This document shows, piece after piece, positions 48,461-57,406 of a DNA stretch of 64,000 nt (its first letter is position 1; each line of letters starts with the position of its first letter). Both the position numbers and the translations under genes were made by a program. The notes under the pieces were generated by a model, which saw only the letters and a list, made by a program, of their open reading frames with translations, was not told the DNA's origin and searched no databases. Source of the DNA: an uncultured Acidobacteriaceae bacterium (GTDB taxonomy: Bacteria > Acidobacteriota > Terriglobia > Terriglobales > Acidobacteriaceae). Location of the stretch: NCBI GenBank assembly GCA_963714225.1, contig CAVQNY010000010.1, forward strand, positions 59,002-123,001, given 5' to 3'.

Positions 48461-51400
48461 ATGGCACTGTTTTGGGAGTTCTTCACCTTCGAGATGAGAT
48501 ACCGCTTCAAGAGCCTCTCGACCTACGTCTACTTTGTCCTCTGGCTCACGTTTTCCTTCCTCTGTGTTGCGTCCGAAAGCTTTGGTCCCATCGGCAACAG
48601 CAATGGCAAGGTCCTCCTCAATGGACCCTATGCCAACTCGCTCAACGACATCCTCGTCTCGCTCTTCGGTATCATCGTCATTGCCGCCGTCTTTGGCACC
48701 TCGATCCTTCGTGACTTTCAACGCGACACCTACCAGATCCTTTTCACTCAGCCCATCTCCAAATTCGCCTATCTCGGCGGGCGCTGGGCTGGTTCCTTCG
48801 TCACCACCGTTTTCGCCTTCTCCGGCATGTTGTTCGGCACCTTCCTCGGCACTTTCGCGCCTTGGGCAGACCACACCCGCATCGGTCCGAACCACCTCTG
48901 GACCTACCTCCAGCCCTTCTTCTCCATCCTGGTTGTCCAGATCTTCTTCGTCGGTTCTGTCTTCTTCGCCGTCGCCGCCCTCTCCCGCAAGATCTTCATC
49001 GTCTATCTCCAGGGTGTCGCCCTGTTCATGTTCTACGTCATTGGCATCACTGTGTTCTCCGCCACCCGTTCGCTCGAGCGCTTCTGGTCTGGCATTCTCG
49101 ACCCCGTCGGCCTCATCATGTTCGACGATGTCACGCGCTACTGGACGGTCATCGAAAGGAACACCCTGTTCCTCCCCTGGTCGCACACCTTTTCTCGTGG
49201 CGTATTCCTCTATAACCGCCTGCTCTGGATCTGGGTGGGACTTTTAGCCTTGGGGACGGTCTGGGCGCTGTTTCCGATGTCGGTTGAGGCCCTTACCGCC
49301 CGCTCTCAAGGCCGCCGCGCCGCCAAGGCGAAGATGCGCGATCTTGCGGAGGCCCAGCCTGTGCGATCTCTGGTTGCCGCTCGCCTGCCGCTCGTCCATC
49401 AGAGGTTTACCTCCGGCACCACCTTTGCCCAATACCTCTCTCTATCGCGCCTGCGGCTGCGCAACATTTTTCGCGACATACCATTCTGGGCCATCGTCGC
49501 CCTGCTCGTCGCGTTCGGCATCAACAACGGCCACTTCGCTGGCCGCCTTGCCGAACGGAATGTCTGGCCGGTTACATACCTCATGGTCCAGGCCGTCGAG
49601 GGCAGTGCCCTCCTCTTTCTCTTTATCGTCGCAGCCCTCTATGCCGCAGAACTCCTGTGGCGCGAGCGTGACACCAACTTCAGCGGTATCCATGACGCCC
49701 TGCCCATGCGCGAGTCGACCGACTGGCTCTCCGGTCTCACCGCCATCGTCATCGTCGAGCTCATTCTTCTCGCCGTCGCCATGCTCGTCGGCATTGTCAT
49801 GCAGACCATCGCCGGTTACTACCATTACGAACTCCTCCAGTACTTCAAGGAACTCTACTTTGTTACCTTCCCGCAGGTCCTCAGCTTCATCCTTCTCGCA
49901 CTCTTCGTCCAGACCGTGGTCTCGAACAAGTTTGTGGGCCACGCCATCGTGATCGGCCTCTTCGTTCTTATGCCCATCCTCTACAGCTTCGGATGGGAGA
50001 ACACGCTTTACCTCATCGGCCAGACCCCCGCCTACACTTACTCTGACATGAACGGTTACGGCCACTTCGTCCCCGCCCTGTTCTGGTCAATCACCTACTG
50101 GCTCGCAATTATGGCCGTCCTGGGCGTCATCTCCGTCGCCATGGCGCGGCGCGGAGCGGAGGACTCCCTGCGCATACGTGCCCGCCAAGCCCTTCGCCTT
50201 GCTCCCCGGCTCGCCCCGCTGGCATTGCTGTTCGCCATCGTCGCGGTTGGCGCTGGCTCCTGGTACTTCTACAACACCCACGTGCTCAACGAGTACTTAG
50301 ACTCCCAGGCGCGCCGCGACATTCAGGCCGACTACGAACGCAAGTTCAAACAATACGAAAACCTGCTCCAGCCCAAGGTCACGGCCGTCGACGCCACGAT
50401 CAACCTCTATCCTGACCGCCGTTCCTTCGACGGAAGCGTCCGCATGACTCTCGAGAACAAGACCAACCAGCCGATTGCGCAGATCCATATCACCGATCAG
50501 AAGTACTCGATCACCGACATCAAATTTGATCGCCCGTTCCACCTGGTCAGCTCTGCACCTCGGAACATCTATTCCATCTATGCTCTCGACCAGCCCTTAG
50601 CACCCGGCGAAACCATCACGCTCACGTGCAACGTCGGCCACCAGACCCGCGGCTTCCGCGACGGCAATGAACTCCCAGAGTTCGCCTACAACGGCACCTT
50701 CTTCGACTCCGACTACATCCCTTATATCGGCTACAGGATCGACCAAGAGCTGGACGACCCCCGCCGCCGCCGCGAAGAGCATCTTCCGCCTCTCGAAGAG
50801 ATGGCGCACCGCGGCGACTCCGTTCACTCGGTGAACAATGTCTTTCCCCGCGAGGCCGACTGGATCACCTATCACACCGTGGTCAGCACCTCATCGGACC
50901 AGATTGCCATCGCCCCCGGATATCTGCAGCGCGAATGGCAGGCCAACGGCCGCCGCTTCTACGAATACAGCATGGGTTCCACTCACATCCTCGAATTCTT
51001 CTCCTACATCTCCGCCCGTTACCAGGTCCGCAAACAGACCTACCGCGGGCCCAACGGCGACGTTGCCCTCGAGGTCTACTACGACCCCGCCCACACCTAC
51101 GACATCGACGACATGCTGGCCAGCTCCCGCGCCGGGCTCGACTACTATCAGCCCGTCTACAGTCCGTACCAGTTCACCCAGTACCGCATCCTCGAGTTCC
51201 CCCGCTACCGCGGCTTCGCCCAGTCTTTCCCCAACACCATCCCGTACTCCGAAGCAATCGGCTTCATCGGCCGCGTGCTCAAGCCGACCGATATCGACTT
51301 CACCTACTTCGTCACCGCCCACGAACTGGGCCACCAATGGTGGGCCCACCAGCTCATTGGCGCCGACGTCGAAGGTTCTAACATGATGGCGGAAAGCCTT

Positions 51401-52162
51401 GCCGAGTACTCGGCGCTCCAGGTCATGGCGCACAAATACGGCCGCGATCTGATGCATCGCTTCCTTCGCCACGAACTTGATGGGTATCTCCGCGGACGCG
51501 CTGGCGAGACCCGCCACGAACCGCCACTCGCTCTCGTCCAGCGCGAACCCTACGTCTGGTACCAGAAGGGTGGCCAGATCCTTTACACCCTTGCCGACTA
51601 CATCGGCGAAGACAAACTCAATCTCGCGCTGCACAACTTCCTCATGCAGTACCGCTATGCCAACGCCAACAACCAGGTCGATGCCAGCCCTTATAGGAAC
51701 GACCATACCAGCGCCTCTGCTGCCATCGACGGTCCGTATCCTGATACTCGTATGCTGGTTGACGCCATCCGCGCCCAAACCCCGCCCGAACTCCTGTACC
51801 TGGTCGACGACGGCTTCAATCGCATCGTTCTCTACGACAACAAAGCGATCTCCGCAACTTCACAGAAGACTCCAGACGGAAAATACAAAGTCACCCTTGA
51901 GGTGCAGGCTCGCAAGGTGCAGGCCGACGGCAATGGTGCGGAAACTCCCGTGCCCCTTTCCGACTACCTCGAGATTGGCGTGTTCAGCGGCAAGAAAGAC
52001 GAAGAAAGGCCCCTCTACCTCAAGAAGGAAAAATTCACCGAGGAACACAAAACCTTTGTGATCGTCGTCGACCAACCGCCCACGCTGGCGGGTATTGATC
52101 CCTACAATAAGCTCATAGACAGGAATGCCGATGACAACATGATCGATGTCACCAAGCCATGA
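48461..52162 (+). CDS. Fusion protein of an ABC-2-type permease (about 12 TM) and an M1-family zinc metallopeptidase domain
   Basis: GGGAGGAGG RBS. The N-terminal ~600 aa are polytopic. The C-terminal half carries HELGHQWW...AESLAEY (HEXXH...E). Confidence 0.86.
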   Translation: MALFWEFFTFEMRYRFKSLSTYVYFVLWLTFSFLCVASESFGPIGNSNGKVLLNGPYANSLNDILVSLFGIIVIAAVFGTSILRDFQRDTYQILFTQPISKFAYLGGRWAGSFVTTVFAFSGMLFGTFLGTFAPWADHTRIGPNHLWTYLQPFFSILVVQIFFVGSVFFAVAALSRKIFIVYLQGVALFMFYVIGITVFSATRSLERFWSGILDPVGLIMFDDVTRYWTVIERNTLFLPWSHTFSRGVFLYNRLLWIWVGLLALGTVWALFPMSVEALTARSQGRRAAKAKMRDLAEAQPVRSLVAARLPLVHQRFTSGTTFAQYLSLSRLRLRNIFRDIPFWAIVALLVAFGINNGHFAGRLAERNVWPVTYLMVQAVEGSALLFLFIVAALYAAELLWRERDTNFSGIHDALPMRESTDWLSGLTAIVIVELILLAVAMLVGIVMQTIAGYYHYELLQYFKELYFVTFPQVLSFILLALFVQTVVSNKFVGHAIVIGLFVLMPILYSFGWENTLYLIGQTPAYTYSDMNGYGHFVPALFWSITYWLAIMAVLGVISVAMARRGAEDSLRIRARQALRLAPRLAPLALLFAIVAVGAGSWYFYNTHVLNEYLDSQARRDIQADYERKFKQYENLLQPKVTAVDATINLYPDRRSFDGSVRMTLENKTNQPIAQIHITDQKYSITDIKFDRPFHLVSSAPRNIYSIYALDQPLAPGETITLTCNVGHQTRGFRDGNELPEFAYNGTFFDSDYIPYIGYRIDQELDDPRRRREEHLPPLEEMAHRGDSVHSVNNVFPREADWITYHTVVSTSSDQIAIAPGYLQREWQANGRRFYEYSMGSTHILEFFSYISARYQVRKQTYRGPNGDVALEVYYDPAHTYDIDDMLASSRAGLDYYQPVYSPYQFTQYRILEFPRYRGFAQSFPNTIPYSEAIGFIGRVLKPTDIDFTYFVTAHELGHQWWAHQLIGADVEGSNMMAESLAEYSALQVMAHKYGRDLMHRFLRHELDGYLRGRAGETRHEPPLALVQREPYVWYQKGGQILYTLADYIGEDKLNLALHNFLMQYRYANANNQVDASPYRNDHTSASAAIDGPYPDTRMLVDAIRAQTPPELLYLVDDGFNRIVLYDNKAISATSQKTPDGKYKVTLEVQARKVQADGNGAETPVPLSDYLEIGVFSGKKDEERPLYLKKEKFTEEHKTFVIVVDQPPTLAGIDPYNKLIDRNADDNMIDVTKP

Positions 52163-52361
52163 ACGATCGCGCTTCTGGCGCGAGCCGGTCGAACCCGGAA
52201 GCGATCCGTAAAACGGGCTGATGCGAGACTCAAACAAGTTCCCCTAGGGCTAGGCAACAGGTGAGCGACAATTCCGGCTGCGATAGCCTGCCGCGCAGTG
52301 GATGCGGGAATCTTCAGTTTGATGGGACGGGGTAGGACGCGCCGGCTGAGGGATGACCCCT

Positions 52362-52847
52362 TCACTGCACGTTTACAATCTTTAACGCCGTCACCTGCCT
52401 CACCCATCGCGCCATCCTTTTTTCATCGGGTATAACGATGCGGTATGGCCCCTCGTTATCATCGAGCGGTCTCCCATCTTTCAAGAACGCCAGCACAGTC
52501 TGCTTGTCAGTGAACGCCGGGTCTATTTCAGGTAGTGCAATCACGACACGATACCCATCTGCAGCCTCCACCAACAGGCACGAGGCCAGTCGTTTTCCCT
52601 TCAGCGCCTCCCCAAACTCAACTCCCCCTCTTTCCAATACGGCCTTAAGGGAGACGCCCTCAAATATTGCAGACCGACCTGAGGCACCGCTCGTTACCTT
52701 GATGCGCGGCAAGGCTTCAACATCTGCCCGGGTTAACTGAGTCTGCTTTCCAGTATCCGTTTGAATGATTAGCTGCTGTGAGCGGACCAGGGCCGAGTGC
52801 AGCATCAGAGTGAACAGCAGGGAAGAAAGGAATAAGCGATTCCTCAT
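52362..52847 (-). CDS. Small secreted protein resembling the oxidoreductase molybdopterin-binding domain
   Basis: Signal peptide (MRNRLFLSSLLFTLMLHSALVRSQ). The pattern LTRADVEALP...FEGVSLKAVLERGG...VEAADGYRVVIALPEID...LAFLKDGRPL...GPYRIVIPDEKRMARWVRQV resembles that domain. Confidence 0.55.
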   Translation of the reverse strand: MRNRLFLSSLLFTLMLHSALVRSQQLIIQTDTGKQTQLTRADVEALPRIKVTSGASGRSAIFEGVSLKAVLERGGVEFGEALKGKRLASCLLVEAADGYRVVIALPEIDPAFTDKQTVLAFLKDGRPLDDNEGPYRIVIPDEKRMARWVRQVTALKIVNVQ

Positions 52848-53112
52848 GTCAAACACATTCCAGTATCGGATCCTCAAGAAAATTTGGCCGGAGATGGAAG
52901 TCAACTTAAACCACGATTACGGCGGGAACAACAATATTCCGACCGCCCATCCCGGCCCAACACTGGAATATCTCAGGCCGGGCATGGGGCTCGGCAGGTT
53001 TAACTTGTGGCGTCGCCTGGCTTTCACCGCCGGCGGCGGATTCGAAATCGCCGCAACCTCATTCCATCCCACCAATCCCATTCCTATTCTATCGATACGC
53101 TTTCCGTTCTGA
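52846..53112 (+). pseudogene. Possible C-terminal remnant of an outer-membrane beta-barrel protein
   Basis: The tail ...GLGRFNLWRRLAFTAGGGFEIAATSFHPTNPIPILSIRFPF* has alternating beta-strand character and a terminal Phe typical of OMPs. There is no signal peptide and no upstream barrel. Confidence 0.25.
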
Positions 53113-53215
53113 GATGAGCGGGCCAAGCCGCAGCCGATCCCCCTCAAGCCACTGAGGTTACGCTCCTGCGCGCGTGTAAGAAGAGCCAGCGTTGCTTCAG
53201 AAAAGTCACTGCGGT

Positions 53216-53608
53216 TTACACGGACCAAGCAGACCCGATAAGGCTGTAAGCCAGAACTAAGAGCACGATTGCCGCGACGACGACATACAGGCGGTCTCTT
53301 TCCTCTGCAAATCCGAAGATTGAGAAGGCGACCCGCGCGACCGGAGTCGCGATGAGCAACAGCAGTCCTAGCTGGATGATGCCCCCGCCCCGCAGCGCGA
53401 CCGCAGTACGGAGGATGCCGCCGACGCCGCGAAGGTCCGAAGGCTCGCCACGGAACACCCGGTAGTCAGCCGGGGACTGGCCGTGGCGCACCAGATAAAT
53501 AACGGCACCAAACAATACAAGGAGCGCGGAGAGCAGCACACCAGCGCGGAGAAGGTTCCCAATAAATATTTCCATCCGTTTATCGGTCCAACTTCGGTCG
53601 CTGGTCAT
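53216..53608 (-). CDS. DUF1634 family membrane protein
   Basis: MTSDRSWTDKRMEIFIGNLLRAGVLLSALLVLFGAVIYLVRHG.... It starts 1 nt after the TauE stop, the usual TauE-DUF1634 pairing. Confidence 0.75.
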   Translation of the reverse strand: MTSDRSWTDKRMEIFIGNLLRAGVLLSALLVLFGAVIYLVRHGQSPADYRVFRGEPSDLRGVGGILRTAVALRGGGIIQLGLLLLIATPVARVAFSIFGFAEERDRLYVVVAAIVLLVLAYSLIGSAWSV

Positions 53609-53609
53609 A

Positions 53610-54446
53610 TCAAATCCTCCCTGAAAGTCCCTGGTAGAGCATCTCAATTCCCAGAACGACGATCACGATGCTGAAGACCCGGCGCAACCATTTGGTATCC
53701 GCTTTGACGAGAACCCGAGAACCCAGCAACGATCCGGCTAGAACACCCAGCACCACAGGCATGGAAAGACCGGGATCGATATAGCCGCGAGCTAGATAAA
53801 CCCCTGCGCTGGCAGCTGCCGTGACGCCAATCATGAAGTTGCTGGTCGTGGTCGAAACTTTGAAGGGTATCCTCATCGCCTGGTCCATGGCGAGGACTTT
53901 CATTGCTCCCGAACCGATGCCGAGCAACCCCGACAAGCTTCCAGCGCCAAACATCAGAGTCCATCCCAGTGGCACACGCTGGACGTTGTAGTTTCGAATC
54001 CCATCTACATCGGGAAATCTCCCATTCAACCGCAGTCTGGTGGCAAGCGGGTCGGGCGGAGACTCGCGTTCATTTTTCGAACGGGGCTTCCCGGACAGGA
54101 ACGCGGAGCCTATTAACACCAATCCAAAAACAACGGCGATCGCACGGCTGGAGACGCGCGTTGCCAAGGTTGCACCAAAAAGCGCACCCAAAGTCGTAGC
54201 GGTCTCCAGAAACATGCCGATCCTCATATTGGAAAAGCCTTCTTTCACGTAGGCTGCCGCTGCTCCCGAGGAAGTGGCAATCACCGACACCAACGAAGCC
54301 CCAATTGCGTATCGGATGTCCACTCCAAGAAGCAAACTGAGCATCGGGACAAGCACCACGCCACCGCCCAGCCCGGTCAGCGCGCCCAAGAAACCGGCGA
54401 TGAGTGAACCAGCCCAGACAACGAAGCTAAACCCGAGGATCGTCAT
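53610..54446 (-). CDS. TauE/SafE family sulfite/anion exporter
   Basis: 278 aa with 7-8 TM. Gly-rich repeats (GALTGLGGGVVLVP; GLLGIGSGAMKVL) are typical of TauE. Confidence 0.88.
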   Translation of the reverse strand: MTILGFSFVVWAGSLIAGFLGALTGLGGGVVLVPMLSLLLGVDIRYAIGASLVSVIATSSGAAAAYVKEGFSNMRIGMFLETATTLGALFGATLATRVSSRAIAVVFGLVLIGSAFLSGKPRSKNERESPPDPLATRLRLNGRFPDVDGIRNYNVQRVPLGWTLMFGAGSLSGLLGIGSGAMKVLAMDQAMRIPFKVSTTTSNFMIGVTAAASAGVYLARGYIDPGLSMPVVLGVLAGSLLGSRVLVKADTKWLRRVFSIVIVVLGIEMLYQGLSGRI

Positions 54447-55201
54447 GAACCCTCACCCGGATTCTTCCGAGAACTGCCCACCTTGGCCCAATAAGGCGTA
54501 GCTCGCAATTTCATCTGTTTCTTCCTCCTTTAAGTTGCCCGTCCAATCCCGAAGCCGCGAAGGGAAACGATCTAAGGGCTTGAGTCCAAATCTAGTTCGT
54601 TCACTCATTCGAAAACCAAACTGCAAAGTCACTATATCGCGCGTGCCACCCTCTCGCGGGCACGCTCGTGGGACTATCGGTGCCAGCCAATAGGAGTGGG
54701 TAGTGTCTTAACACTGGGTTGCTGACGAAAGCCTAAAAGACAGGACTGAAAAGTTCGTGACAATAGGGAAGAGTTTCCCTCCCTGGACAAGAGAACGTAT
54801 CGGGAGCTTCTTGTGGAACCGAACCGCAATGCAGGGAACAGAGGAAGGGAAATTTCAAAGTTGGTTCCGGTGTGCCCAGAGTCATTCTCGCAATCACTGA
54901 GTTTCTCTGCCGCTGGCAGTTTGCCCTCCGGCAGCTACAAGAACGGAAGTCTCGCTGCCACCATTTCGCCCACCCTTATGCTTCTCTCCGGTCATTCATC
55001 ATAAATTTACCGGTTCGTAACAGTTCCGTAACATCGCACCTGTTACAACAGAGCCTCTGTTCGCGATCGACGTGTTTCCTCCGGTGGTACGCGTAAATTG
55101 TGCGCCCTGCCGGTGAGTGTTATAACCGGGGACAAGTCCGGGGATCGTGCAAATTCGGGAAGCTTTTACCAATTCAGTCTAAAACCAAAGAGGAGAGTGA
55201 A

Positions 55202-57040
55202 ATGAAATCTGCATGGAAGTTGTGTGTAATCGTGTTTCTGGCGACGTCGCTGGTCGGGCAAACCAGCACGGCACCCAAACCTAAGAAGGCCAAGGCTGCC
55301 ATCACGGCGGCAGACGTGCAGGCACTAAAGGACGCAATTGCCGCACAGCAATCTGCCCTGGCCTCCCAGGAGCAGCAGATTCAGGCGTTGCAGGACGAGT
55401 TGCATCGCAAGGATCAAGCGGCCCAAGCCTCTGCCGCCGACGCAGCCGCAAAAGCGGACGCCGCCCAGGCACAGGCCAGCCAAGACCAGCAGGCGGTTGT
55501 GGCGCTCAAGAGTGATGTCTCGGACCTCAAGACAACCACCAACAACACGGCAATGACCGTGCAAGAGTCGCTGAAAGAGACCAAGAACGTCAGCTCGGAG
55601 TGGGAGACCCCGCTGTCGATCCATCTCAAGGGCGTTACCATTACCCCGGGCGGGTTCGCGGCCGCCGAATTTGTGCGGCGTTCGCGAGAGCTGGGGGCTG
55701 ATGTTATCACTCCTTTCAATAACCTCACCATGCCCGGCGCTTCGCAGAGCACTCTGCCGGAATTCTTCGGCACCGCCCGCCAGTCACGGCCCTCGATCTT
55801 TGTCGGAGGCCGTTTGAAGAATGTGGAACTTTCCAGCTACGTATCGGGTGACTTTCTCTCTTCTGGTACCACCTCCAACAACAACCAGACCAACAGCTAC
55901 ACGTTCCGTCTCCGCCAAGCGTGGGGCCAAGCCAAGTTCAACAATGGCTGGAGCTTCCTGGGCGGCCAGATGTGGAGCCTGGCGACCGAGATGAGGTCGG
56001 GGATCGCCCCCAGCGATGACCTGGGCAAAGTCAATGATGCCCGGCCCACGACGATCGACGGCCAGTATAGCGTCGGCTTCACTTTCGCGCGCCAGTATGG
56101 GCTTCGCCTGACGAAAGACTTCGGCGATAAGGTATGGATCGCCGTCGCCATGGAAAACGCCCAAGGCACGGTCACCACGCACGAAAACGCAGACAATTAC
56201 CTACTGGGACAAGCGGGCGCCACCAACGAAGCCAACGCCTTTAATGGAACTTACACGGCCAATCCTGCGCCCGATATCATCGCTAAGATCGCCGTTGAAC
56301 CCGGCTTTGGGCACTACGAGATCTTCGGCCTCGCCGACCGATTCACCGACCGTATTTTCCCCTGCGTGGAAGCGGGCACCAACCCCATATGTGCAGGCGC
56401 CACTACCGCAACGGGCGCTCATAACGCATCGAAAGAAGGTGGAGGTCTTGGCGTCAACGCCCGTTGGACCTTCGCCAACAAGCACGTCGTTTTTGGTCTG
56501 CACGGTTTCGGAGGCAACGGAGTGGGCCGCTACGGGGCAGCCGGTCTCTCCGATGTTTCGATTCATGCCAACGGAACTCTTAACCTGATCAGGGGCTACC
56601 AGGGGCTCGGTACGCTCGAGTGGCACGGCAAGAAACTCGACCTCTACTCTTACGCCGGAGTGGAATACGCCAGCCGGAGGTATGACTACGATCCTCTGCT
56701 GGACTCGGGGGCGGGAGGGTACGTCGGCTACGGATCTCCCTTCTTCAGCAATGCGGGTTGCTACACCGAAACCGCCCCGGGCACGGGCAACACATTCTCG
56801 GCGGGATTCAACCCGGGCGCGCTCGCCCATTGCACCGCGGACACGCGGGCGATCATGGAGGGTACGCTCGGCTTCTGGTACCGCTTCTACAATGGGCCCA
56901 AGGGCAGGTTCCAGTTCGGCACGCAGTACTCCTACGTGACTCGTCACGCTTGGTACGGCGTTGCAGGGCCAGGAACTTCCACACAGCCCTCAGGACTCGA
57001 CAACATGGTCTTCACTTCATTCCGCTACTATTTGCCGTAA
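55202..57040 (+). CDS. Putative outer-membrane beta-barrel (porin-like) protein with an N-terminal coiled coil
   Basis: GAGGAG RBS and signal peptide. About 100 aa of Ala/Gln-rich heptad-like sequence (ALKDAIAAQQSALASQEQQIQALQDELHRKDQ...). Then about 480 aa with alternating aromatic/Gly beta-strand character. Confidence 0.6.
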   Translation: MKSAWKLCVIVFLATSLVGQTSTAPKPKKAKAAITAADVQALKDAIAAQQSALASQEQQIQALQDELHRKDQAAQASAADAAAKADAAQAQASQDQQAVVALKSDVSDLKTTTNNTAMTVQESLKETKNVSSEWETPLSIHLKGVTITPGGFAAAEFVRRSRELGADVITPFNNLTMPGASQSTLPEFFGTARQSRPSIFVGGRLKNVELSSYVSGDFLSSGTTSNNNQTNSYTFRLRQAWGQAKFNNGWSFLGGQMWSLATEMRSGIAPSDDLGKVNDARPTTIDGQYSVGFTFARQYGLRLTKDFGDKVWIAVAMENAQGTVTTHENADNYLLGQAGATNEANAFNGTYTANPAPDIIAKIAVEPGFGHYEIFGLADRFTDRIFPCVEAGTNPICAGATTATGAHNASKEGGGLGVNARWTFANKHVVFGLHGFGGNGVGRYGAAGLSDVSIHANGTLNLIRGYQGLGTLEWHGKKLDLYSYAGVEYASRRYDYDPLLDSGAGGYVGYGSPFFSNAGCYTETAPGTGNTFSAGFNPGALAHCTADTRAIMEGTLGFWYRFYNGPKGRFQFGTQYSYVTRHAWYGVAGPGTSTQPSGLDNMVFTSFRYYLP

Positions 57041-57049
57041 ACCGAAAAT

Positions 57050-57078
57050 GGTCCCGCGTCGGCGTTGGACGCGGGACC
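57050..57078 (+). terminator. Stem-loop downstream of the porin-like gene
   Basis: GGTCCCGCGTC ggcgttg GACGCGGGACC, an 11-bp perfect stem 10 nt after the stop. There is no clear U-tract. Confidence 0.45.
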
Positions 57079-57406
57079 AACAGGTTTAACCGACAAGGTT
57101 CGACGGACACTCAACTTTCTGAAGGGCGCCTTCCCTTCGGAAACGCCGCCGGTCCGGTTTTGGCTACTCTCCTTTTCCGGGCCGGTGGTGTTAATGAACG
57201 TGTTGGCTCATTTTTCTCAATCACAGTAGGCACCCATTAGCGGCCTTGTGCGCATCAGGCTACCCCCACCATTCAGCACGAGGAAAACCATAAACAAACG
57301 GCGAAATATTCAGCTTCCTATTTTGGAACTACTTGTCCTTTCGGACAGGAGGTCCTGTACCATCGGGACCGAGCCCTCTCGCGGCGCAGCGTTCAAACTG
57401 GATGGT

